This document shows positions 1 through 8,331 of a stretch of 20,000 nucleotides of DNA, one piece after another. The notes under the pieces were generated by a model, which saw only the letters and a list, made by a program, of their open reading frames with translations, ran no database searches and was not told the DNA's origin. How positions within the stretch are numbered: the stretch's first letter is position 1; the number at the start of each line of letters is the position of its first letter. Both the position numbers and the translations under genes were made by a program. Origin of the DNA: an uncultured virus (IMG/VR IMGVR_UViG_3300037631_006629) (lineage: Duplodnaviria > Heunggongvirae > Uroviricota > Caudoviricetes); the IMG/VR virus record IMGVR_UViG_3300037631_006629, positions 53,968-73,967 of that record. One strand, 5' to 3'.

Positions 1-1060
1 CAAAGTTAAAGGTTTAATTAAACATGAGTGTCTTCATCTAGCTTTTAAGCATACAACTGATAGAAGAAATTCTCCTCATATTATTTGGAACTATGCAACT
101 GATTTAGCTATTAATTCAATTATACCCTATGATGAGTTACCTAAAGGTGGTTTAGTTCCTGGATATCATTTAGAGCCTTTAACAAATGATGATATGGAAA
201 ATATGACAAAAGAAAACATTGACATGTTTAATGTTCTTTCAAGTCTTATTGCATCTTTTCCTCAAAACAAAACTTCTGAATATTACTTTGAAAAACTCAT
301 GCAAAATGAAACAATCAAAGAACATGCAGAAAAATCAAGTAGTTTCTTATCAGATGGCTTTCCTGATGTTGGCTTTGATGACCATGAAGGTTGGGATGAG
401 ATGAGTGCTGAAGCACGAGAAATGATGAAAGAAAAGTTAGGAGAAATATTAAAGTCTGCCGTAGAAGAATCAAATCAAAAAGGATGGGGTTCAATATCTT
501 CTCAAGTCGCAATTACTCTAAACAAAATGATATCAAAGACAATTAAATGGGAAGATGTTTTAAAAAGATTTTGTGGTTTTACGAGAAGAGACGATAGACA
601 ATCATCGACTAAGAGGCTTAACAGAAAATATCCTGCAATACATCCAGGATCAAAAAAAATATACAAACCTAGAATTGCTGTATATGTTGATGAAAGTGGT
701 TCAATGCCAGCATCAATACTTGAAAATTTCTATGGAGAGCTAAATAGTTTAAGCTCTAGAACAGACTTTTATATGTATAAGTTTGATGCTGTAGTAGATG
801 ACAAGTCAGGTTTTCTTTGGAAAAAAGGTAAAAGACTTAAGATAGAAAGGACAATGCACGGAGGCACAAGCTTTCAATCTGTAACTAAACATGCAATCAA
901 AAACAAAAAGAACTTTGACGGCTATATAATCTTTACAGATGGTTGTGCACCTAAACCTTCACCTTCCCATGGCTTAAAGAGATGTTGGCTCTTGATGCCT
1001 AATTGTGAACTAAGTTTTAAAAAAAATAATTCAGATATTTTAATTCAAATGAAAAGTTAA
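1..1060 (+). CDS. DUF2201-type putative metallopeptidase with C-terminal vWA domain (5' end outside window)
   Basis: The frame of ORF 194..1060 is open back to base 2 (KVKGLIKHECLHLAFKH...WNYATDLAINS), giving an HExxH motif at 23-37. The C-terminal half has a MIDAS-like YVDESGSM, GGTSF and IIFTDG. Confidence 0.88.
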   Translation, partial: KVKGLIKHECLHLAFKHTTDRRNSPHIIWNYATDLAINSIIPYDELPKGGLVPGYHLEPLTNDDMENMTKENIDMFNVLSSLIASFPQNKTSEYYFEKLMQNETIKEHAEKSSSFLSDGFPDVGFDDHEGWDEMSAEAREMMKEKLGEILKSAVEESNQKGWGSISSQVAITLNKMISKTIKWEDVLKRFCGFTRRDDRQSSTKRLNRKYPAIHPGSKKIYKPRIAVYVDESGSMPASILENFYGELNSLSSRTDFYMYKFDAVVDDKSGFLWKKGKRLKIERTMHGGTSFQSVTKHAIKNKKNFDGYIIFTDGCAPKPSPSHGLKRCWLLMPNCELSFKKNNSDILIQMKS

Positions 1061-1072
1061 CAAAGGATAGAT

Positions 1073-1237
1073 ATGTTATACCATTATAACGGCGAAACTT
1101 TTAAAATTAAACAGGAAAACAATAAGAATAAATTATATCATAAAGCTGTTAATAAATGGTCGTCTGGTTGGACGTACATTGGCAACTTTAAATCACATGA
1201 TCTGGCTCAAGCTGCAGCTAGAAAATATACTTTCTAA
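1073..1237 (+). CDS. small hypothetical protein, 54 aa (not in ORF track)
   Basis: AAGGA RBS then ATG at 1073; MLYHYNGETF...WTYIGNFKSHDLAQAAARKYTF; TAA at 1235-1237; fills the gap between flanking genes. Confidence 0.75.
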   Translation: MLYHYNGETFKIKQENNKNKLYHKAVNKWSSGWTYIGNFKSHDLAQAAARKYTF

Positions 1238-1245
1238 GAGGAAAA

Positions 1246-1473
1246 ATGAGAAAAGAAAGATTTAAGATTACAATTAGATATCACGGACTAAGAGACTACG
1301 ATGTGGAAAAAGTAAACTATGTTTTTGATGCGTCTTCACCTAAAGACGCTATTAGAAGAGTAAGCAAAGTGTATAAAAGAATTGAAGACTCTGGCGGAAG
1401 GCTTTCATATTATGCAAAGCAATTTCTAGAAGCTGTAGCAATTTCAGCAGAAACTGACCTACTTAACCCTTAA
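1246..1473 (+). CDS. hypothetical protein
   Basis: GAGGA RBS directly upstream, tight operon spacing, 75 aa. Confidence 0.75.
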   Translation: MRKERFKITIRYHGLRDYDVEKVNYVFDASSPKDAIRRVSKVYKRIEDSGGRLSYYAKQFLEAVAISAETDLLNP

Positions 1474-1487
1474 AAAAAAGCAGATTA

Positions 1488-2798
1488 ATGTATAGAAAAA
1501 TTATTTATGAATTTCTAAACAATATGAAACAGACAACTTCTACAAACGATAAAGTAGAAGTTATGATGCATTCTGAAAAGTCTGTTTTAAAAACTCTATA
1601 TTATACTTACAACACATTCATACAATTCGGTATTACAGAAAAGGTTCTAGAAAAAAGAAAAGATCTATGCAATATAAATTCTGAATTTAAAGAAGACAAA
1701 GGAATGTTTAGTTTACTTGATTCTTTAAATCACAGAATGTTAACAGGTCATAATGCAATAAAAGAAGCGAACGGATTTCTCTACAACAATCCAGACTTAA
1801 AGGAAATATTTTATCTTATATTAGGTAGAAATCTAAAATTGCGAGTTTCTGTAAAACTTATTAACAAAGCATGTCCTAACTTAATACCTACGTTTAATGT
1901 AGCACTTGCTAACAAGTACGATGAAAAAACAAAAAAGAAAGTAGACTTGCAGAAAGATGTTTGGTATGTATCAAGAAAACTCGATGGTGTTCGCTGCCTT
2001 GTTGTGGTGGACGAAAAAGGAAAAGCTAAATCATTCTCCAGAGCAGGAAAACAATTTCATACGTTATCCTTGGTAGAAAAAGAAATAGAAAGTTTAGGCT
2101 TTAAAAATGTAGTATACGACGGAGAAATGTGCATTGTAGACAATGATGATAACGAAGATTTTCAAAGTGTAATGAAAGAAATAAAAAGAAAAAACCACAC
2201 AATTAAAAACGGTTTGTTTCAAGTATTTGACTATATACCCTACAGAATATTTAGCAAAGGCCACGGTGAAGTTGGTACTTTTTCTCAAAGAATAAACACT
2301 CTTAACAATATTATTTATAATACAGACGTAGAGTTAAAGCACGTTAAACTTTTACAACAAACGCCAATAAACAATTGGAGCGAATTTAATGTATTAAACA
2401 GCAAGGCATCTGATTTTGGCTGGGAAGGTCTCATGTTAAGAAAAAACAGCTTCTATAAAGGAAAAAGATCTAATGACATTTTAAAAGTTAAAACTTTTTT
2501 TGATAGCGAGTATAAGGTTGAAGGATTGAATTTTGGACCTTTTAGATACATTAAAGAAGGAAAAGAAGTTGAAGAGGAAATGCTTACTGCAGTAACAATA
2601 AAGCATAAAGAAAATACTGTTAATGTAGGAAGCGGATTTACTATAGAGCAAAGACAAAGATTTTATAGTAATCCTGCAGAGATAAAAGGAAAAGTTATAA
2701 CTGTACAATATTTTGAAGAATCTCAAAATCAAAACGGCGAGTACTCACTAAGATTTCCTGTCATAAAGGCTATACATGGAGATAAAAGAGAAATTTAG
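1488..2798 (+). CDS. lig: ATP-dependent DNA ligase (phage type)
   Basis: Ligase motifs in order: SRKLDGVR (adenylated Lys), YDGE, QVFD, WEGLMLR, ILKVK, OB-fold VGSGFT and SLRFPV. Confidence 0.96.
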   Translation: MYRKIIYEFLNNMKQTTSTNDKVEVMMHSEKSVLKTLYYTYNTFIQFGITEKVLEKRKDLCNINSEFKEDKGMFSLLDSLNHRMLTGHNAIKEANGFLYNNPDLKEIFYLILGRNLKLRVSVKLINKACPNLIPTFNVALANKYDEKTKKKVDLQKDVWYVSRKLDGVRCLVVVDEKGKAKSFSRAGKQFHTLSLVEKEIESLGFKNVVYDGEMCIVDNDDNEDFQSVMKEIKRKNHTIKNGLFQVFDYIPYRIFSKGHGEVGTFSQRINTLNNIIYNTDVELKHVKLLQQTPINNWSEFNVLNSKASDFGWEGLMLRKNSFYKGKRSNDILKVKTFFDSEYKVEGLNFGPFRYIKEGKEVEEEMLTAVTIKHKENTVNVGSGFTIEQRQRFYSNPAEIKGKVITVQYFEESQNQNGEYSLRFPVIKAIHGDKREI

Positions 2799-2964
2799 CA
2801 TAGGTGACTTAATAAAGTTTCCTTACGGCTTTGACATTAGAAAGAAAACTTACTACTTAGGAATAATAGTAGGAAAAAAAGTTACCAACAATATAGTTAC
2901 TTATAAGTGTTTTACTAATAATAGCTTTGAATATGTTCAAGAAGCTGTTATTATAAACGTATAA
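2776..2964 (+). CDS. small hypothetical protein with IGDL N-terminal motif (possible SH3-like beta barrel)
   Basis: FSIGDLIKF...YLGIIV; overlaps the ligase 3' end and is followed by a terminator. Confidence 0.6.
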   Translation: MEIKEKFSIGDLIKFPYGFDIRKKTYYLGIIVGKKVTNNIVTYKCFTNNSFEYVQEAVIINV

Positions 2965-2996
2965 AACACTAGAAATAAAGCATATTGTTATATTAT

Positions 2997-3023
2997 AAAA
3001 ACCAGCTAAAAGCTGGTTTTTTT
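2997..3023. terminator. intrinsic terminator (potentially bidirectional)
   Basis: AAAAACCAGCT-AAA-AGCTGGTTTTTTT inverted repeat with A and T tracts, after the ligase operon. Confidence 0.8.
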
Positions 3024-3135
3024 GTGTTTGAAAAAAGTATTGTAGTTTTGACGAAGCAGCGTATGTACACCGCAAGTCACAATTAGATTTATAAAAAATA
3101 GAATATATTTATAGTATAGATACATAGGAGATATC

Positions 3136-3963
3136 ATGAAACTTATATTATTATTAATTTTTTCGTCTTTACTTTTAAATTGTTCTGACGAATTGTCAAA
3201 TTATCAAGGTTACGAAAATGACTTTAGGAGTAAGTCATACTTCGAAGTTAAATATGTTGGTGCTACTTGTGATTCGCAATGTATCTATTCAAGTTACGCT
3301 GTAACTTATAATTTGCAAGAAAAACAGTTTGACTGTGTTGAAGGACCTTGTGCTTGTGTAAAAGAAGGTGATGCACATACTTTATGTAGTGATAAGCCGT
3401 TAGCTGAAGATTTGTGGTCGCAACAAGAAAGCATACAACCACATAATAATCAAGTAATAGAAATACCTTATTATAATCAATATGACAACGCTAACTACCC
3501 GCATTCAACATGTCAAAATACTAGTATTGCAATGGTATTAAGCTACTTTCAATATAACATTCAACCAGATGAGATATTTTATAGGTGGGGTAAAGATATT
3601 GCACAGTCGCCTTCCGGATTAAATCAAGTATATACAAGCTATTCTGCAAACAGTGAAATTAATACTTATACTAATGCTACTCCTGAAGACTTGCGATCTG
3701 CGTTAGATAAAGGTTACATTGCAATTGTTCACGGATATTTTACATCATCAGGACATGTAATTGTCGTTAGGGGCTATGATAAGCAGCATTACTACGTTAA
3801 TGATCCTGCAGGCAAATGGGATGGTTGCTTTAAATGTGGATACACTACAGGCAATTACAATGGTATTACTAAATACTCAAAAATATCATTTGAAAACGCA
3901 GTATTCACTTCAAATGGCAGCTCTTATTTACCCGGTTGGATCCATCTTATAAAAGGTAGTTAA
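3136..3963 (+). CDS. lipoprotein with Cys-rich N-terminal region and C39-like (papain-fold) cysteine peptidase domain
   Basis: AGGAG RBS; lipoprotein-type signal MKLILLLIFSSLLLNC; PYYNQ...TCQNTSIAMVLSY (catalytic Cys), GHVIVVRGYD (His), VNDP (Asp). Confidence 0.88.
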   Translation: MKLILLLIFSSLLLNCSDELSNYQGYENDFRSKSYFEVKYVGATCDSQCIYSSYAVTYNLQEKQFDCVEGPCACVKEGDAHTLCSDKPLAEDLWSQQESIQPHNNQVIEIPYYNQYDNANYPHSTCQNTSIAMVLSYFQYNIQPDEIFYRWGKDIAQSPSGLNQVYTSYSANSEINTYTNATPEDLRSALDKGYIAIVHGYFTSSGHVIVVRGYDKQHYYVNDPAGKWDGCFKCGYTTGNYNGITKYSKISFENAVFTSNGSSYLPGWIHLIKGS

Positions 3964-3964
3964 A

Positions 3965-4639
3965 ATGAAGATTTTATTTAATGTCTGTTTAATTTTTATT
4001 ATGTTCATGATTAATTTATCATACGGTCAAAGTTATGAATGCGACAATAATTTTGGTGATTGTGGAACACCAAATCAAAGTGGTGGAGGAGGTGGAGGTG
4101 GATCGATACTAATTGCAAATACTGATTTAGGCGACACCTACCAGCATGCTGACGACTATGATGATGACGGTATTGAAGATCCTTCTGACAATTGTCCTAG
4201 GATTATGAATCCTGATCAGCTTGATCGAGACGGTGATGGAGTAGGTGATAGCTGTGATAATTGTCTTTCTATATGGAATAAAAAGCAAGAAAACACAGAT
4301 GGCGATGACAAAGGAGACTTTTGCGACGAAGACATTGATAACGACAGCATATTAAACTATTATGACGAATGTCCTTATCACTGGGGTAACGATACATGTT
4401 TCGCATTAAATGTTTTAGAAAATTTTAATAACAATAGTGATTACGAAGATGAACACGCTGAAATAGGAAATACAAAAAGTTTTAAAGAAAATGACATGTT
4501 TATCAAAGCAAGTGATAAACATGTCAAATTAAATCAAAGCTGTAATTCATCGAGATATCCAGATTTTTTCAATGTTTTTGCTTTAATCTCTATAATAATG
4601 CTAGTTATTAAAAAGAAATGTAATGAACGAAAAATTTAA
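3965..4639 (+). CDS. thrombospondin type-3 repeat (Ca-binding) surface protein, MtsC-like, with a C-terminal membrane anchor
   Basis: Signal peptide; DDDGIEDPSDNCP..NPDQLDRDGDGVGDSCDNC and DGDDKGDFCDEDIDND repeats; C-terminal SC...hydrophobic helix...KKK. Confidence 0.82.
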   Translation: MKILFNVCLIFIMFMINLSYGQSYECDNNFGDCGTPNQSGGGGGGGSILIANTDLGDTYQHADDYDDDGIEDPSDNCPRIMNPDQLDRDGDGVGDSCDNCLSIWNKKQENTDGDDKGDFCDEDIDNDSILNYYDECPYHWGNDTCFALNVLENFNNNSDYEDEHAEIGNTKSFKENDMFIKASDKHVKLNQSCNSSRYPDFFNVFALISIIMLVIKKKCNERKI

Positions 4640-4973
4640 TGTAGGTGACTTTGTCTATGTTAAGTCTTACTATATTAAAAACAATTTTAGTAAGCATGAG
4701 ATACTTTATCTTAATAAAAGTTATGCGCTGATAAAAAACAAAAAAAATGGTGAACTTTATAAAAAAGTTGCAATAAAGGATATCACAAAAAGTAAAGAAA
4801 CAGCAGTAATAACTGAAGATATTGTAAAAGGTGATCTTGTAAAATGCATTGTTGACAACAGCAGAATAGAACAAGGTATCGTAATTGATGCATATGAAAA
4901 CTTTGTTCTTGTACTTATATCAACTAAAAAAAAGAAAGTTTCTAAAAACAGAGTTATTGTTGTTAATAATTAA
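4623..4973 (+). CDS. hypothetical protein with two VGD/KGDLV-type modules
   Basis: FNVGDFVYV and IVKGDLVKC; overlaps the upstream stop. Confidence 0.65.
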   Translation: MNEKFNVGDFVYVKSYYIKNNFSKHEILYLNKSYALIKNKKNGELYKKVAIKDITKSKETAVITEDIVKGDLVKCIVDNSRIEQGIVIDAYENFVLVLISTKKKKVSKNRVIVVNN

Positions 4974-5049
4974 CCCAATTCTAAGTACTTAATCTGTATA
5001 GTAAAATATACATGCAATAGCTGCGGCTTGACGAAGCAGAAGGTATACT

Positions 5050-5259
5050 GTGAAAGTAAGAAACAAGTTAACAGGTAAAATTGGTATAATAAAAGACTGG
5101 AATAAAAGTTTAAACGGTAAAGTCTGTATTGTTGTTTATGAAATAAACATATCATACAACAAAAAGTATGACATATGTAAAGTATTAATTGACAATAAAA
5201 TACACACGGTTCCAAAACACTTTATAAAAATTTGTACAAGTTTGAGCGCTGACTTATAA
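5050..5259 (+). CDS. hypothetical protein
   Basis: GTG start with AAGG upstream; KVRNKLTGKIGII pattern typical of small phage beta-barrel proteins. Confidence 0.6.
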   Translation: MKVRNKLTGKIGIIKDWNKSLNGKVCIVVYEINISYNKKYDICKVLIDNKIHTVPKHFIKICTSLSADL

Positions 5260-5260
5260 T
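5232..5260 (+). promoter_or_regulatory. putative sigma70-like promoter TTGTAC-N17-TATAAT
   Basis: TTGTAC 5232-5237, 17-nt spacer, TATAAT 5255-5260; resembles the minus-strand promoter family. Confidence 0.5.
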
Positions 5261-5297
5261 TACACATTAATATTTAAAAAGAAAGAGTGAACGAGCA

Positions 5298-5402
5298 ATG
5301 AAAAATAAAAAAGAAGATAAAGATTTAAAAACAGTACTAATAATATCGTTTTCATATTTTGCATGTTTTTTAATACCTGCAATTACAAATTGTATCCAGT
5401 AA
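5298..5402 (+). CDS. 34-aa putative single-pass membrane peptide
   Basis: MKNKKEDKDLKTVLIISFSYFACFLIPAITNCIQ; lies between a promoter and a terminator. Confidence 0.5.
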   Translation: MKNKKEDKDLKTVLIISFSYFACFLIPAITNCIQ

Positions 5403-5429
5403 TAAGAAAAGTTTCTATCAAACCATACT

Positions 5430-5459
5430 AAAAAACCAGCTTAAAGCTGGTTTTGTTTT
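5430..5459. terminator. bidirectional intrinsic terminator between convergent genes
   Basis: AAAAAACCAGCTTAAAGCTGGTTTTGTTTT hairpin, nearly identical to the one at 2997-3023. Confidence 0.82.
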
Positions 5460-5501
5460 ATAGATTATTTGTTAATGTTACTGCGGAATACTTATACTGA
5501 A

Positions 5502-5876
5502 TTAAAAGTTAATATCAAATCCTGACTTACTTTTTTGCAAAGGAAGAATTATAGTCAATACTCCCTTTTCTAATGAAGCTTTAACTTCTTTTTTTTCTAT
5601 GTTTTCACCTACGTAAATTTTATGATTTAAGTTTGAAACAAATTGAGAATTACTTTCCTTGCTTTTACTTGTCACACTAAGATGTTTGTCTTTAAAAGTC
5701 ATTTGAATTTCGTTTTGAGAAAGTCCCATAGCTTCAGCAGCAAATACAACTTTATCTTTTTCGTTTTTAATACTATAGCTAGAACTTGATGCTAACCCAT
5801 GCTTTAACATAACTACGTCTCTTTTTAATAGCGGCGAGCTCGCTTCAAGTATTTCTTCGATAAAAGATCTGTTCAT
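5502..5876 (-). CDS. Hsp20/alpha-crystallin small heat shock protein
   Basis: AMGLSQNEIQMTFKDKHLSV and IEKKEVKASLEKGVLTIILP motifs, C-terminal I-x-F. Confidence 0.88.
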   Translation of the reverse strand: MNRSFIEEILEASSPLLKRDVVMLKHGLASSSSYSIKNEKDKVVFAAEAMGLSQNEIQMTFKDKHLSVTSKSKESNSQFVSNLNHKIYVGENIEKKEVKASLEKGVLTIILPLQKSKSGFDINF

Positions 5877-5952
5877 TTATAAATTACCTTTCTAGTTTGT
5901 TTTTGTTAGTGTGTATAATATAAACACCAAAATTTAAATTGTAACCCTTTTA

Positions 5953-6192
5953 CTAAAATAAAATATTTTTATAGTAACTTTCAATTAATGTTTTAACTGG
6001 TATCGATCTAATTTTACCTCCCCAGCTATTTACTAAAGTTTCTAGTTCTCTCATAGGCATCGTGTTTTTTTCAAGTAAAGAATAAACTTCTTCTTCATAG
6101 CTAGATATGTTTTCAAATATATAAATTATACTTGAATTTCCAATGTCTGTAATCTCTTTGTTTTCGTTAATAGTAATAATAAACTTTTTCAT
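5953..6192 (-). CDS. hypothetical protein
   Basis: Strong AGGAGG RBS, 79 aa. Confidence 0.75.
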   Translation of the reverse strand: MKKFIITINENKEITDIGNSSIIYIFENISSYEEEVYSLLEKNTMPMRELETLVNSWGGKIRSIPVKTLIESYYKNILF

Positions 6193-6222
6193 AACATAAC
6201 CTCCTATATTAATAGGTAGGCA

Positions 6223-6477
6223 TTAATTTAAAAATTCTATACTGTTGTAACTTTTTAACCTCAATAAAACAATTTTGTCTTGAACAAGTATGTCCATAAA
6301 AATATTGTTACTACTTTCGTCAATAAAATAGTCTGTGACAAGATAAAAACCTTTGCTTACTTCAACATTTATTGCTGTTACATCTGAAGGTGTAATTACT
6401 CCTATAAAGTTTTTATGTAAACAAAGAAGCTTGCCTATATATTTCAATTTAATAGTTCTTTGTATATACGTCTGCAA
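6223..6477 (-). CDS. hypothetical protein (start uncertain)
   Basis: 84-aa ORF filling the gap; TTG start overlaps the upstream gene. Confidence 0.5.
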   Translation of the reverse strand: MQTYIQRTIKLKYIGKLLCLHKNFIGVITPSDVTAINVEVSKGFYLVTDYFIDESSNNIFMDILVQDKIVLLRLKSYNSIEFLN

Positions 6478-6922
6478 TACCTGAAGCTACAAAAGAATCT
6501 GGTTTTACTTTGCACACAAATCCACAACCTGTAATGTAACCTTTTATCATGCTTTCGTATCTAGAAGAATTGTGCTGTTTATTAGTATTAATATCAGCAT
6601 GTATTTCTATGTTTGCACAATTAATTTTTTTTCTGATTTTAAAAGCAATGTCTATAGAATCAGTTGTTTCTTTAAGTAGTCTTTTTGATAAATCATAATA
6701 CGAATCGTCAGAAACTTTTCTCTTAGTATAAAAAAATCTTCTATCATAAAAGCTGTTGTCATTTATTACGCATATTGCGTTTGCAAAAACAAATTTTCCT
6801 CCGAGCTTAACACTATCAGTACCTACAATAATTTTATGATTTTTGTTTTTTACAACTTTTTTTAATATTTGTATTACTTCTGTTTGAGTAAATATTTGTT
6901 TTTTGCTGTTTTTCCATTTCAT
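6449..6922 (-). CDS. RNase H-like YkuK (DUF458) family protein
   Basis: IIVGTDS, RLLKET..S, IEIHADIN, KPDSFVASGIAD motifs; AGGTG RBS. Confidence 0.87.
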   Translation of the reverse strand: MKWKNSKKQIFTQTEVIQILKKVVKNKNHKIIVGTDSVKLGGKFVFANAICVINDNSFYDRRFFYTKRKVSDDSYYDLSKRLLKETTDSIDIAFKIRKKINCANIEIHADINTNKQHNSSRYESMIKGYITGCGFVCKVKPDSFVASGIADVYTKNY

Positions 6923-7049
6923 TTTATCACCTATATGATTGATAATTGACTTCGTTTGTTTTTAAACTAAACTTTAAACAAGTATTACAGCTCGAGCTTT
7001 TTGTTTTTATTGATTTCATACGTTATATATAACGCTAACATATATGATT

Positions 7050-7208
7050 TTAATTGTAAAAGCTTATTGTTAAATAAACTGTAATGAAAACAAGCAATAT
7101 TGAAGCTAAGTATTTACCTAAAAAAACATAAAAAGGTTCTTTATGATAGTAGTAGTAAAAAAAAGAAAAACATATTGTTAGAAAAAAAGAGTATATTAAA
7201 TTTACCAA
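7050..7208 (-). CDS. 52-aa putative two-helix membrane protein (not in ORF track)
   Basis: TTG start overlapping the upstream stop; MVNLIYSFFLTICFSFFYYYYHKEPFYVFLGKYLASILLVFITVYLTISFYN. Confidence 0.5.
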   Translation of the reverse strand: MVNLIYSFFLTICFSFFYYYYHKEPFYVFLGKYLASILLVFITVYLTISFYN

Positions 7209-7768
7209 TTATCTTTAACCTTTACTACTGTATAGCCGTGTGGAAATAAAACTTTTCTTTTGTACTCTTCATGAGTAAGACCTGAGCTTTTTATTTCTTC
7301 ATGCCATTCTTTATACATTTGATAACCCAACTCAGTCAGCTCTTCTTCAATTGGAATATCTGAGTTTGAAGGATCTACGAAACCATCATTAGGTTTAACC
7401 CATTTACCTTTATTACTTTTATTCTCGTTCTTGAAAAGCTTTAAGCTTTTTGGTGTTCCTTCTAATAAGGAAGCATTTAAAATAAATTCGCAGCTTACTT
7501 CTGTTTTTATTTTTGAGTTTTTTCTTGTAATAACTTCACATAAACAAAAAAGGTTTTTTCTGCCTTTAACTGATATTAATTTGATCCATGCTTTTTTGTT
7601 TCTCTTAAAAGCTTTTATAAGATCAATTGCGTCTGCTGAAGAAGTTTCACCTTTCTGTATAGAAGTTGTTATGTTGTCCAGAATGTCTGAAAATACTTTT
7701 GACTTTAAAGAAACATACATCCACTTTTGTTTTACGTCAAAAAACTTTAATTTAATTTTTTCTCTCAT
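7202..7768 (-). CDS. hypothetical protein
   Basis: 188 aa, AAGGA RBS, promoter motif directly upstream. Confidence 0.8.
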   Translation of the reverse strand: MREKIKLKFFDVKQKWMYVSLKSKVFSDILDNITTSIQKGETSSADAIDLIKAFKRNKKAWIKLISVKGRKNLFCLCEVITRKNSKIKTEVSCEFILNASLLEGTPKSLKLFKNENKSNKGKWVKPNDGFVDPSNSDIPIEEELTELGYQMYKEWHEEIKSSGLTHEEYKRKVLFPHGYTVVKVKDNW

Positions 7769-7787
7769 GATATTTCCTTTTTTTATT

Positions 7788-7818
7788 ATTATACATTTAA
7801 AAAGAAAATATTACACGC
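7788..7818 (-). promoter_or_regulatory. promoter GCGTGTAA-N17-TATAAT
   Basis: Minus strand reads GCGTGTAA TATTTTCTTTTTAAATG TATAAT. Confidence 0.75.
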
Positions 7819-8042
7819 TAGTCAACATACTCCCATTTAGCTGCTTCAAATCCAAAGTTTTCAAATAAATAGCTTTCGATTTCATCTTCATCTTCATCAA
7901 AAAGCTCTATTGATAAAGTCTTAGGCAAGCCAGCATTTACTCTAGCTTCTTCGTATTGCAAGTAATCAAACTCTGTGTCTTTAAAACACCAAGTAACTTT
8001 AATTGTATTTGTTTCTGTATTACTTTCTTGAGACATTTTCAA
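7818..8042 (-). CDS. acidic hypothetical protein
   Basis: 74-aa ORF with AAGG RBS. Confidence 0.7.
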   Translation of the reverse strand: MKMSQESNTETNTIKVTWCFKDTEFDYLQYEEARVNAGLPKTLSIELFDEDEDEIESYLFENFGFEAAKWEYVD

Positions 8043-8069
8043 ACCTTTCTGTTTTTTGTCTATATATGT

Positions 8070-8294
8070 CTATGATTTTTGTTTTTTTGCTTTTTTGTCT
8101 ATTTCGAATTGAATAAACCATAAAGCCTTACTCAAATCTTCTTCTGTTTTTTCTTTGTTTTTTTTGCCTGCTCGAGCAATATATTTTATAGCACTTCCTA
8201 ACTCAAAATTTAAAGACCATGCATTTATAACATCAATTACTTCGTGACCAGTATCTTTTAAATAATGTGTAGGATGATCCACGTTTTCTTTCAT
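8070..8294 (-). CDS. DUF3310 (SaV-like / T7 gp1.7-like nucleotide kinase-related) protein
   Basis: ENVDHPTHY...EVIDVI...FELGSAIKYIARAGKK...EDLSKALWFI signature. Confidence 0.88.
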   Translation of the reverse strand: MKENVDHPTHYLKDTGHEVIDVINAWSLNFELGSAIKYIARAGKKNKEKTEEDLSKALWFIQFEIDKKAKKQKS

Positions 8295-8331
8295 CTTTTT
8301 CCTTTTTAATTTATTATATGTAAATCTTAAA

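Noticed and set aside
4082..4102. GGW trinucleotide run as a contingency repeat
   Set aside because: Mixed GGT/GGA codons encoding an in-frame poly-Gly linker, not a pure slippage tract.
4986..5060. Hammerhead-like core (TTGACGA...stem...GAAA)
   Set aside because: Core deviates from CUGANGA, stem I cannot be formed and the 3048 copy lacks the GAAA.
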